Of a stretch of DNA of 35,212 nt, positions 1-9,190 are shown piece by piece. Within the stretch, counting starts at the first letter, position 1, and each line of letters starts with the position of its first letter. Source of the DNA: Nitrososphaerota archaeon (lineage in GTDB: Archaea > Iainarchaeota > Iainarchaeia > Iainarchaeales > VGJJ01); contig JAGVNS010000158.1 in NCBI GenBank assembly GCA_020053155.1, forward strand, positions 1 through 35,212, written 5' to 3'. Under the pieces are notes generated by a model. That model saw only the letters and a list, made by a program, of their open reading frames with translations. It searched no databases and was not told the DNA's origin. Made by a program: the position numbers and the translations under genes.

Positions 1-496
1 ATTGGATGTCCCTTCGAAAGGGTCGTTCTCCCGTAAATAAAATTTTTCCGTTCTCGCGGTAAATCAATCCCTTTATTTTCCCAAAAGGTTTGCCCTGACA
101 CAACTCAAGAAGGGTTTCTTCCCCCTCCTTCACGATTCCAAAATCAATGGAGGGACATTCCTCCAATACTTTTTCTTTTTCAGTTGAAATGTGCGCCGCC
201 CCTATCGCAATGGGAATGGATGGGAATGCGTTTTTGAGTTTGTTTATGAGGGCGTAACTGTCTTTGTACCGGTAGCTCTTCATGGCAATCCCGAGAAGGT
301 CGGGTTGGTAGGTTTTTATCTTTCGCACCAAATCGTCGAACGAGTATCCTAGACCCATGTCTAGTGTATCATAGTCAACCCCATTCGTGTGCAGGTATTC
401 CGCGATGTATCCCAATGCTAAATCTGGAACATCCCCCGGACGGTATGCGCTTTTGTAATAGGCGACGGGAATCAGCAATACTTTCTGGAAGCGCAT
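1..496 (-). CDS. Cobalamin-binding radical SAM protein (class B type), N-terminal part; runs off the window start
   Basis: Not in the ORF track. Manual translation from ATG 496 is open to the edge: MRFQKVLLIP...PDLALGYIAEYL...IAIGAAHIS...IDFGIVKEGEETLLEL...IKGLIYR. This matches the B12-binding domain pattern (PLGLxYIA, GGxH, GEGE) of the two complete paralogues in the window. The CxxxCxxC motif would lie beyond the edge. Confidence 0.88.
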   Translation of the reverse strand, partial: MRFQKVLLIPVAYYKSAYRPGDVPDLALGYIAEYLHTNGVDYDTLDMGLGYSFDDLVRKIKTYQPDLLGIAMKSYRYKDSYALINKLKNAFPSIPIAIGAAHISTEKEKVLEECPSIDFGIVKEGEETLLELCQGKPFGKIKGLIYRENGKILFTGERPFRRDIQ

Positions 497-499
497 TGA

Positions 500-1621
500 T
501 TATTCCTCCGGCGTTTTCCTTATAATATCTGTCCCTTTTCCTGCTTTCTGTGGTACGGGAGAGGGGATAACTCCTTCGAGAAAATGGGGGCGGTTCCACT
601 GATGATGAACCTGTTTTCCCTTTTGGGCGCGTTGAGTTGTTTTTGAGCGAATGAGGGAGTGAAGGATGGAATTGAACCCCCCCCATGATGGGGCGGACTT
701 TCCCATGTGGGGGTTTTGCAAGAGGAATTTGGATAATTCTCCATTCTCTGGACACTTTGCCGCGACGGGAAGACCCGTTCCTGCGTAATCGAAAAGTTTG
801 ACCGGGATGCTGGTTGGCAGGTTGTCCTTCCAGGGAATAACTCCCACGTCCGCTCCTGAAAGATAGCGGGACATTTCAGTGAGGGGAACGTTTTCAACGA
901 TACGGTAATGGAATCCTTTTTCGTTGATTGCTTCTTCTATCTCTTTTTTTGAACGCTGGTCTGCGTCTGAGTTGTCCGTTGAAAAAATAAATACCAGGAA
1001 GCAGCGCGATGCTTTTTTATCGAGCGCGTGGATAAAACCCATGACATCTTCGTCCCCCACACCACCCGCATACGCAATCACGCAGTCCGCTTCCTTTACT
1101 CCCCACTCTTTTCGCATGCGTTGACGGAGAATGCGATCATACGTCAAGCGGGGGTCGGTTCCATTTGGAACCAGCACCGTTTTTTTGGGGGAAAGGGAAT
1201 ACCTCTCCATCGCTTCTTTCCGGTCGCTTTCCGTGAGAAACCAGAGGGTGTGCGCCCCGGAATAAATGATGCGCCGCAATTGCAGAAACATTTTTTCTTT
1301 CAATGAATGGTGTGCGCGTTTTAATATTTCCATGGCGCGCCCATCTTCCTTAGCGTCTAAAATGAATTGCGCACCTGCGAGGCGGGAGCCTAGCATCACC
1401 CAAAGTAGGGGAGGGAGGGGGGGAGACGTTCCCATGACAATGGTGGGTTTTTCTCTGAAAATGCTCCAGGAGAGGGAGAGACCCGAACCATTTTGGGGGG
1501 AGAGGAGAGTGGTGTAGTACCCCTTTTGGGAGAATGCCTTTTCAATGGCGTACACGCGCATTCCCGCGGCCCCGGGTTTTTGGGGAAGGTAGGGTGTGTA
1601 GAGGATTGCGGTTGGTTTCAT
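500..1621 (-). CDS. Glycosyltransferase family 4 (GT-B)
   Basis: Motifs VLVPNGTD, YAGG, YLSGADVGVIP and SIPVKLFDYAGTGLPV (PxKxxEY-type GT4). Start placed at ATG 1621, which overlaps the upstream stop (ATGA), rather than at 1735. Confidence 0.88.
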   Translation of the reverse strand: MKPTAILYTPYLPQKPGAAGMRVYAIEKAFSQKGYYTTLLSPQNGSGLSLSWSIFREKPTIVMGTSPPLPPLLWVMLGSRLAGAQFILDAKEDGRAMEILKRAHHSLKEKMFLQLRRIIYSGAHTLWFLTESDRKEAMERYSLSPKKTVLVPNGTDPRLTYDRILRQRMRKEWGVKEADCVIAYAGGVGDEDVMGFIHALDKKASRCFLVFIFSTDNSDADQRSKKEIEEAINEKGFHYRIVENVPLTEMSRYLSGADVGVIPWKDNLPTSIPVKLFDYAGTGLPVAAKCPENGELSKFLLQNPHMGKSAPSWGGFNSILHSLIRSKTTQRAQKGKQVHHQWNRPHFLEGVIPSPVPQKAGKGTDIIRKTPEE

Positions 1622-2661
1622 GCGTTGGTGTCCCCTGCAAGCTGGTTTATGTTTTCTCTTATTTTTTGGGTGAATGTGTGTATTGAAAAACGTTTTTTTA
1701 TTTCGTGCAGGGTTTTCTTTCCTGGGCGTTCCCATTCCTCCATCAACGCTTTTTCAAAATTAAGGGGGTTGTGGGGAATGAGTGTTATTCCTTTTTCGTT
1801 GAAGTCATGAAATATGCCCACCCGCGATGTGATGACGGGGCAGCCGCTGGCCAATGCTTCCAATGGAACAAACCCAAATCCCTCATAGCGGGAAGGAAAA
1901 ACAAGCACGTCCGCTGCCCGATAAAAATCAGCCAGTTTTTCAGGAGGTTGGGGGGGGTGCATGACCGTGTTTTCATTTTCATTGGGTAGGAACGGGGTGC
2001 ACACGCAATGGAATCTGGTTTCATGCATCCGGGAAGAGAGGTATTGAATAATGTAAAAACCCTTTGAATGCGTGGGGTTGCCCACAAACAAAACGATTTT
2101 TTCTCCCAAACCCATTCCACATCTTTTTCGTGCCTTTTCTTTGTTTCCAGGATGGAATACGCGGGTGTCGATGGGCAGTTCAACCACGTGGGGGTTTACT
2201 CCATAAAAATGGCGGGCATCCTTTTGGGTGAAGGGTGAGTTGGCTAAAACCCTTTTCCCATTCTGCGCGCTTTTTTTTTCGTAATGCGAAAAGACGTGGC
2301 GCATGCGCCAGTAAATGGGGTCCCATTTGGAATAACCGGCTTCGGCCAGACCGGCATACGTTCCATGGAGAAAAGAAATGAGGGGAATGCCCGTCTTTGT
2401 CGGTTCCATGGCCCACCCGTGCATTCCATTGGCGATGATGAACGGGGGTTTTGTGGGCAGGGAAGAAACGTATCGCGCGAGGTTTTTTCCATGCTCTATC
2501 TCGGAGAGGTAGGGTAGTCCTTTTTGGTCGAAACCATTTTTGTTGAGCGTCTCTTTTCCCACGATTTGAATTTCAGGAATGGCTTTTTTGATGGCGCGAG
2601 AAAAAACTTCCACCCCCCCCGGAATGGAATGTTCAGTAAGCGTGAGCAGGAGCGGGTTCAT
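1618..2661 (-). CDS. Glycosyltransferase family 4
   Basis: GGVE N-terminal motif, FVGN..HSKG, and ADVLVFPSRYEGFGFVPLEALASGCPVI (E-x7-E). Start ATG 2661 is in an ATGA overlap. Confidence 0.93.
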   Translation of the reverse strand: MNPLLLTLTEHSIPGGVEVFSRAIKKAIPEIQIVGKETLNKNGFDQKGLPYLSEIEHGKNLARYVSSLPTKPPFIIANGMHGWAMEPTKTGIPLISFLHGTYAGLAEAGYSKWDPIYWRMRHVFSHYEKKSAQNGKRVLANSPFTQKDARHFYGVNPHVVELPIDTRVFHPGNKEKARKRCGMGLGEKIVLFVGNPTHSKGFYIIQYLSSRMHETRFHCVCTPFLPNENENTVMHPPQPPEKLADFYRAADVLVFPSRYEGFGFVPLEALASGCPVITSRVGIFHDFNEKGITLIPHNPLNFEKALMEEWERPGKKTLHEIKKRFSIHTFTQKIRENINQLAGDTNA

Positions 2662-4157
2662 TTTCCAATCCCTCCTTTTTTCCATATAGTGAGATTAAAA
2701 CCATCGGAATGTGTCGTTAATTTTTGAAGCTCCGGTGAGTGAGCCGTAATGAACTCCTTGATTATTTTTCGTTCCCCATCAATGATGTCCTGGCGTTTTC
2801 CATCCTTGTCTTGCTGAGTCGCATACGAAACATCAATCACGTAATATTCACTTTCAAGAATGGATGGGGGGGTTTGGTCAACCTTGTAGTAATGCTTTGC
2901 CCCAAAGACCGGGGATAGGAAATAAATGCAGTCGTCCGCACTCCCTATTACGGTGGCGTTTGGGGGAATGGTGTTTTGGATAATGGATGAAATTTCCTGC
3001 CGGGGCTCCGCCAGCTCGTAATGGGAGGCATTGAGGAAAAACAATCCCATTCCCGCGAGTAGGAGGAAGGCAATGAGTGCAACTTTTGGAGGAATTTTTG
3101 AAAAAGAGGAATGAGAACGGAATTGGGCAATCCAAGCGTGATAAAGAGAGAGAGAGGGAATGAGGAGCATTCCCGCAAGGGGAAGGAAATACCGCAGACG
3201 CGCCGTGAACGTGAGGGGGAGCGAAAATGGCAGGTCCCAGAAATTGGTGAAATGCGAGAAGAAGAAAACGTATCCCGCGAACAGGGCGGCAAACAAGGGC
3301 CATTCTTTCCGTTGTTCCAACCTGAAAATAGCGCCCACTGAAAAAGGAACAGCGATGAAGAGGAGAAGAATGTAGGTCAGGGCATTTTTAACGAAATATG
3401 GATTCAACTGCTGTCCTATCTGCTCCCCCACACTTCCATAGCCGGTGGAGAGAGCCCCCCCATAGTTGATAGTGTTGAATCCAAAAAAAAGAAGCGCGGG
3501 AATCAACCCCCCCAAAATGAGTGGAAGAATTTTGGGTCGCTCCTTCACCAACGCTTGGACCAAAAAAGCCGCCGGTCCGATAATGGCATCCACGCGGAAA
3601 AAGACCGACAATCCAAGCAAGAGGCCCGCTCCAAGGGTTGAACGGAAACCCTTTTTCATCCACAAATAATAAGCCCCTAAAAATAGAGTGAGTACGCTCA
3701 ATTCAGGGAAAAGGGTGCGCGCTTCCCATGCGGCAGCGGGGAAAAAAAGGTAGAGCAGGGAATAGTTTACCGGGACGTTTTTTTCCTTGAGAATGAAATA
3801 AATCAGGATAAGATTGAGCAGGTGGAGCAGGAGACCGGACGCAAACGAAAAAGAGAAAGGGAGAAAGGTGAATGGAATCAAGAGGAGTGAACGTCCAATG
3901 GAATAACTGGAAATGGATTTTGGCTGTGTAAGAGGGGTCATGACCCCCCCGCAATACAACGAAGGGTTTTCCGCTACTATCGTGCCTCCCTGCACCAAAA
4001 GGTGGGCGTTTTTCAGGTATTCGTGCTCATCAATGGAGACGTAGGAGGGGGGGTAATACACCCCAAAGAGAATTACGAAAAGGACAACTCCCGCCAAAAA
4101 GAACGGATTTTTTTTGGCCCATTCCATTGCCTGAATGAAATGCTTTTTGGCTGCCAT
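2658..4157 (-). CDS. Multi-pass membrane GT-C-like glycosyltransferase (ArnT/PMT-like)
   Basis: About 10-12 hydrophobic segments, an acidic SIDEHEY motif after TM1, RYFLP late in the membrane region, and a soluble C-terminal domain. Confidence 0.75.
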   Translation of the reverse strand: MAAKKHFIQAMEWAKKNPFFLAGVVLFVILFGVYYPPSYVSIDEHEYLKNAHLLVQGGTIVAENPSLYCGGVMTPLTQPKSISSYSIGRSLLLIPFTFLPFSFSFASGLLLHLLNLILIYFILKEKNVPVNYSLLYLFFPAAAWEARTLFPELSVLTLFLGAYYLWMKKGFRSTLGAGLLLGLSVFFRVDAIIGPAAFLVQALVKERPKILPLILGGLIPALLFFGFNTINYGGALSTGYGSVGEQIGQQLNPYFVKNALTYILLLFIAVPFSVGAIFRLEQRKEWPLFAALFAGYVFFFSHFTNFWDLPFSLPLTFTARLRYFLPLAGMLLIPSLSLYHAWIAQFRSHSSFSKIPPKVALIAFLLLAGMGLFFLNASHYELAEPRQEISSIIQNTIPPNATVIGSADDCIYFLSPVFGAKHYYKVDQTPPSILESEYYVIDVSYATQQDKDGKRQDIIDGERKIIKEFITAHSPELQKLTTHSDGFNLTIWKKGGIGK

Positions 4158-4253
4158 ACTGAATCGCGGGAGTATGTTTGTTTAAATAAGTAGGGGGGCT
4201 GAGAATAGTCACCCAGCCCATGACCGGGTTGTACAATCATCAAAAGGTGATTC

Positions 4254-5141
4254 ATGCCTTTCTCAAACGATAAAACAGATTTTGTGAGTGTACTCATTCC
4301 CGCGTACAATGAAGCGGACTCCATCGCCGAAACCATTCGGCGCGTCGAGAGTGTGCTGAAAAAAAATAGCGTGCGGGGAGAAATAATCGTTATCAATGAT
4401 GGGAGCTGCGATGGAACGCCAGAAAAAGTGGAAAAAATGCGTGGAGTCATTCTGTTGTCCCACCCTGCCAATCGGGGATATGGGGCCAGCCTCAAAACGG
4501 GTTTGCGCGCTGCCAAAGGAAACTGGATTTTCATCACGGATGCAGATGGAACGTACCCCATTGAGGACTTTCAATCCCTGTGGGAAAAAAGGGCCCATTT
4601 CGACATGGTAGTAGGGGCGAGGAATCCCACCAGCCAGCACATTGCATGGATACGTAAGCCGGGAAAAATACTGTTATCCCTCATTGCTAATTATTTGGTA
4701 GGACGGAACATTCCCGACTTGAATTCGGGAATGCGGCTGTTCCGGAAGGATTTAGCCATGGAATTCTATCATTTGTACCCGCAGGGATTTTCATTCACCA
4801 TCACCATTACCCTGGCTTCGTTCGTAAACCATTATGCCGTGAAATACATTCCCATCGCGTACGCTGAGCGCGCCGGAAAATCAAAGATGAACGTGGTACG
4901 GGATGGACTTAATTTTATTTCCCTTATCTTTCGCGTCGTAACGTATTTCAATCCCGGTAAACTGCTCGTGCCGGTGGGAACCCTGCTCATACTCCTGGGT
5001 TTGCTCGTGGCGTATTACAGCACGTATTACTTGGGACAGTTCATGGATGCTACCACCGTTCTCCTCCTCCTCGCTGGATTTCAAGTTTACTTATTTGCAT
5101 TCATCGCCCAGCTCTGGGTCAAAACGAGGGCGTTGCGATGA
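4254..5141 (+). CDS. Glycosyltransferase family 2, polyprenyl-phosphate sugar synthase-like, with C-terminal TM helices
   Basis: IPAYNE, NDGSCDGT, NRGYGASLKTG, TDADGTY (DxD), SGMRLF, and two C-terminal TM helices. RBS AGGTGA lies just upstream. Confidence 0.93.
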   Translation: MPFSNDKTDFVSVLIPAYNEADSIAETIRRVESVLKKNSVRGEIIVINDGSCDGTPEKVEKMRGVILLSHPANRGYGASLKTGLRAAKGNWIFITDADGTYPIEDFQSLWEKRAHFDMVVGARNPTSQHIAWIRKPGKILLSLIANYLVGRNIPDLNSGMRLFRKDLAMEFYHLYPQGFSFTITITLASFVNHYAVKYIPIAYAERAGKSKMNVVRDGLNFISLIFRVVTYFNPGKLLVPVGTLLILLGLLVAYYSTYYLGQFMDATTVLLLLAGFQVYLFAFIAQLWVKTRALR

Positions 5142-6883
5142 AACAACACAAATCCATTGGCGCGGCGGACGCCTACCGAAAGGAAGCACTCGAACAGATT
5201 CCTCGGCTCTTAAGTCTCATGGACCGCAATCCCTTTTCCCCCACATATGGGTGTGCGGACCGCACGTATTGGTTGGACAAAGCCATTGATTTTCCAAGCT
5301 CCATCATGCAATACAGCGTCCACTCCCTCGCATTGGTGTATGCGCATGATTTTCAGGGGAACGACTACTATCACCAACCCAAAATAAGGGAATGGATACT
5401 GGCTTCCATTTCATTTTGGGAGAAGATTCAGAAGAATGATGGAAGCTTTGACGAATTTTACCCCAATGAAAGGGGGTGGGCGGGTCCCACCGGATTTTTG
5501 CTGTATGCCATGCTCTCTGCGCATGAATTACTGGGGAATGAATTTCCCTCTGAACGAAAAGAATCGTTTTTCAACGCGTGCAGAAAGGCCGCGTTGTATT
5601 TGGCGAAGTATGATGAACATGGAATTCTGGCCAACCACCACGCCATGGCCCTGCTTCCCATATATTATGCGTCCATTACCCTGAAAGAAGATGTCCTCCT
5701 CTACAATTTTGGGGAAAAACTGGATTACCTGCTAGGTCTCCAATCCAAGGAGGGGTGGTTCCTGGAATATGATGGAGCGGATTTGGGTTATTTGTCCGCC
5801 ACCATTTCATTTTTGACCAAACTCATCACCCTCCTGTCACGGGACGCACGACATGGGGAATGGAAAAAGAAAATAGAGGAATGCATTCCCCGCGCCATTG
5901 ATTTTGCATCCTACTTCGCCTACCCCAATGGGTATTATGCGGGAACCATGGGCAGCCGGCAGACGCTGCACTTTTACCCGCATGGTTTTGAATTATGGGG
6001 GAGAAAAAACGATAAAGCCGCAGGGGTGGCAGACTGGCTGGCAAAAGGTTTGTCGGAGGGAGCACTCGTTCCCCCGAGCATCATGCCCGACCGATACGTT
6101 GCGTACCGCGTGAACGAATTTTTGCAATCCTACCTGGATGCATTCCCGCGTAACACGGGAAAAATAGGAAGGCTTCCCTGGAAGGAAAAACCATTTATTC
6201 AATTCTTTCCAGAAGCCAAAATGGGAATTAAAAATACCCTCTCTTATTATGCGGCAATCAATCTGGCCAAGGGAGGCGTGCTCAAACTCTTTGACAAAAA
6301 ATCAGGAAAACTTTTCGCCAACGATTGCGGCGTGCTGTTGGAGGATAAAGAGGGGAACACGCTCACTTCCCAATGGATCGACCCCACATATCGCGTGGAA
6401 TTTTCCCCCGAAGGGTGCACGGTCTCTGGTCTCATGCACGTATGGGTTACGGAACTTCCTACCCCCCTCAAAATGATGGTTCTACGCTCTGCTCTCATTA
6501 CATTGGGAGAGAGCACGAGATTGGCATACAAAATAAAGGGAAAAATTAGGGAACGAATCATTCTCAAAAACAAAGCCGTACCCATTTCATTCCAGCGAAA
6601 TATCACATGGGAAAAATCCGGGTGCCACATTTCCGATCACATTGACGCGAGGGAGTATCCTTCTTCGTTTCTCCGCGGAAGGGTTGGGGATGAATTCTCC
6701 ATTCGGTACGTGCCCCAAAGCCTTTACTTTCAGGGACAGGAACTAAATGTTGAGGGAAGGTGGCTCACGCAAGGAGAAATAGAAGCGTTCAACCAAAAAA
6801 AAGAAGCAACCATTGAACAGACTATTGGGATTGGAATTCCGCACGTGACCCCAACCAAAACAAGAGGCGGGAAACGCGAATGA
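5138..6883 (+). CDS. Uncharacterised alpha/alpha-toroid protein (heparinase II/III-like or AglQ-like fold, inferred)
   Basis: 581-aa ORF coupled by ATGA overlaps at both ends. Helical-repeat motifs QKNDGSF, ANHHAMA and QSKEGWFLEYDGADLGY are followed by a beta-rich C-terminus. No signal peptide. Confidence 0.6.
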   Translation: MKQHKSIGAADAYRKEALEQIPRLLSLMDRNPFSPTYGCADRTYWLDKAIDFPSSIMQYSVHSLALVYAHDFQGNDYYHQPKIREWILASISFWEKIQKNDGSFDEFYPNERGWAGPTGFLLYAMLSAHELLGNEFPSERKESFFNACRKAALYLAKYDEHGILANHHAMALLPIYYASITLKEDVLLYNFGEKLDYLLGLQSKEGWFLEYDGADLGYLSATISFLTKLITLLSRDARHGEWKKKIEECIPRAIDFASYFAYPNGYYAGTMGSRQTLHFYPHGFELWGRKNDKAAGVADWLAKGLSEGALVPPSIMPDRYVAYRVNEFLQSYLDAFPRNTGKIGRLPWKEKPFIQFFPEAKMGIKNTLSYYAAINLAKGGVLKLFDKKSGKLFANDCGVLLEDKEGNTLTSQWIDPTYRVEFSPEGCTVSGLMHVWVTELPTPLKMMVLRSALITLGESTRLAYKIKGKIRERIILKNKAVPISFQRNITWEKSGCHISDHIDAREYPSSFLRGRVGDEFSIRYVPQSLYFQGQELNVEGRWLTQGEIEAFNQKKEATIEQTIGIGIPHVTPTKTRGGKRE

Positions 6884-7563
6884 AAAATGTTTCCGTTGAC
6901 CATGCAGAACAAGCCGTTTTTTGGGAAAAGAAACGAGAAAAAAGAATGCCCACTCATCCCGCAGTTGAGGCGTTTGCCAAACCCAAAGTAGAAGCGATTG
7001 CCAAAATGATAGGAGTCAATTCCCAGACTCATGTGCTTGACGTGGGGTGTGGGAATGGTTTTTTCACGCATTACTGGAAGGAAAAAACCCCCCACGTCAT
7101 CGGAATCGATTTTAGCCAGGAAATGCTGATGAAAAACCAGAACCCCCTTCGCGTTCGGGGACGCGCCGAAGCGCTACCCTTCAAGGACCAATCCTTTGAC
7201 GTAGTATTCTGTTCCAATCTCCTCCATCATGTCGAAAGACCCGTCGATGTAGTCAAGGAGATGGTGCGCGTCTCCAAGAGACACGTCGTATTGTCGGAGC
7301 CCAATGCCCGGAACCCATTCATGAATCTTTTTTCACGAATCGTAAAAGAGGAAAATGGAGCGTTGAAATTTAATCCGGGGTACCTGCAAAGCATTACCAA
7401 CAATGCAGGGTTGCGTGAATTGTATTTGGGGGAGGAAGGGAGTGTGGTTCCTAACAAAACGCCTGGGTGGGCCGTTCCCATTCTGTCTCCTTTCAACGGA
7501 CCCATGGGGGGGGGATTTTACATCGTGTATGTGGGCGACCGTCTAGATATGGTCGAATATTGA
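6880..7563 (+). CDS. Class I SAM-dependent methyltransferase
   Basis: VLDVGCGNG, GIDFSQEML, AEALPFKDQSFDVV, LLHHV. Confidence 0.93.
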   Translation: MKNVSVDHAEQAVFWEKKREKRMPTHPAVEAFAKPKVEAIAKMIGVNSQTHVLDVGCGNGFFTHYWKEKTPHVIGIDFSQEMLMKNQNPLRVRGRAEALPFKDQSFDVVFCSNLLHHVERPVDVVKEMVRVSKRHVVLSEPNARNPFMNLFSRIVKEENGALKFNPGYLQSITNNAGLRELYLGEEGSVVPNKTPGWAVPILSPFNGPMGGGFYIVYVGDRLDMVEY

Positions 7564-7620
7564 GTAAATTTCCCCCTTTTGGGTGGGCGTTTTATTAATG
7601 GTTTTTTCCCCATTCTTGGT

Positions 7621-9171
7621 ATGGATGCTGGCTATTCCAAAATGAATACAGAACATTCTATGGATGTACCAACCCTTCGTTTTCTCCTCGTTAACCCGCC
7701 CTTTCTGACTTCTTTTGGAATAAAAGAATCGGGCGGGCACGCCATGCCATTAGGGTTGATGTACGTGGCTTCCTACGTACGAAAATACGTTCCGGGAATA
7801 CAACCTCAAATTCTGGATTGTGAAAGCGACGCATTGACCGATGACCAAATAGAAAAACGGCTGAGCGAATGTCACGCCGATTTTCTTCTCCTCACGGTAC
7901 CTACTCCAACGGTTAATTCATGCAAACGCATTTCAGACATGGCAAAAAAAGCCAACCCTTCCTGCAAAGTCGTGTGGGGGGGACTCCACCCCACGGTTTT
8001 TCCCAAAGAATGCGTATCCCACCCCTCGGTTGATTTTGCCGTTATCGGAGAGGGGGAGCAAGTCATCCGCGAATTGGTGGAGCACGTGATACACGGGAAA
8101 AAGGATTTTTCGGACGTGAAAGGAATCGCTTACAAAAACGATGCAGGAGATGTTTTTCAAACGGGGATGCAGGAACTTATTCAGGACATTGATTCCATTC
8201 CCTTTCCCGCGTACGATTTGATTGAAGTCCGGAAATATCACACGGCTCCCTCCAAGAAACTTTCCAACAGCGAGAGCACCATGAACATCATGACCTCACG
8301 CGGGTGCGCATTCGACTGCATCCATTGCATTTCCAAAACAACTTGGCGTAGGAAAATGCGCTACCGCCCCCCTCAAAACGTGGCAGATGAGATGGAATAT
8401 TGTGTCAAAACGTTTGGGGTTAAGGAATTCAACTTTATGGATGACCTTTTTGGTATCAATGAAAAAAGAGTCATTGACGTGTGTGCGGAAATAAAGCGCC
8501 GCAACTTGGGAGTAAAATGGGTGGCATTCGCTCGCACCGACACGGTGACGGAACCCATGCTCAAAGCCATGAAAGAAGCGGGGTGCGTGAAGATTAGTAT
8601 GGGGATTGAGAGCGGGAACCAGGAAGTGCTCAACAAAATGAGAAAATCCCTGCGATTGGAGCAGGTGCGGAAGGGAATAAAATTAATGAAAAAGCACGGC
8701 TTTGAGGTACACTCTTCCTTCATGTTAGGAAACGTGGGGGATACGGAGGAGACCATCCGTGACACTATCAACTTCGCCAAGGAATTGGATTTGGACAACG
8801 CTACGTTTTTCATCACTTCCCCGTATCCGGGAACGGACTTGTATGGGATATCCATGAATGAGGGATTCGTCACTCCCAACACGCCATGGGAGAGTTTTGT
8901 TCCCCTGGGAAACCAACAACCCTTACTGGTGCAAAGCGCGGTTCCCTATGAGAAACTCATTCAACTCCAGAAGCAGGCATTCAAAGAGTTCTACCTTCGC
9001 CCTCGCCTCATCCTGCAGAAACTTCTGAGCATTCGTTCTGTGAGCGACGTTCGCACGCTCGCGGAAGGGTTGACCGTGTTCAAGGGGATTATGGACAAAA
9101 AAGAAGAAGTCCCTCCCTCTTCTAATTTGGTGTCGCCTCCAAGGGACGAGACAGCGGCCTCCACAATATAA
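7621..9171 (+). CDS. Cobalamin-dependent radical SAM enzyme (class B methyltransferase type)
   Basis: B12 domain motifs LLVNPP, PLGLMYVAS, GGLHPT, GEGE; radical SAM motifs TSRGCAFDCIHC, FMDDLF, GIESG, PYPGT. Start uncertain (ATG 7621, 7642 or 7660); TTTATTAA at 7591 would suit a leaderless start at 7621. Confidence 0.93.
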   Translation: MDAGYSKMNTEHSMDVPTLRFLLVNPPFLTSFGIKESGGHAMPLGLMYVASYVRKYVPGIQPQILDCESDALTDDQIEKRLSECHADFLLLTVPTPTVNSCKRISDMAKKANPSCKVVWGGLHPTVFPKECVSHPSVDFAVIGEGEQVIRELVEHVIHGKKDFSDVKGIAYKNDAGDVFQTGMQELIQDIDSIPFPAYDLIEVRKYHTAPSKKLSNSESTMNIMTSRGCAFDCIHCISKTTWRRKMRYRPPQNVADEMEYCVKTFGVKEFNFMDDLFGINEKRVIDVCAEIKRRNLGVKWVAFARTDTVTEPMLKAMKEAGCVKISMGIESGNQEVLNKMRKSLRLEQVRKGIKLMKKHGFEVHSSFMLGNVGDTEETIRDTINFAKELDLDNATFFITSPYPGTDLYGISMNEGFVTPNTPWESFVPLGNQQPLLVQSAVPYEKLIQLQKQAFKEFYLRPRLILQKLLSIRSVSDVRTLAEGLTVFKGIMDKKEEVPPSSNLVSPPRDETAASTI

Positions 9172-9190
9172 AAAAAGGGTTGAAAAAAGA

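Noticed and set aside
4196..4219. Hairpin GGGCTG-N12-CAGCCC as a tRNA fragment or ncRNA
   Set aside because: Only a 6-bp stem, with no cloverleaf or T-loop consensus.
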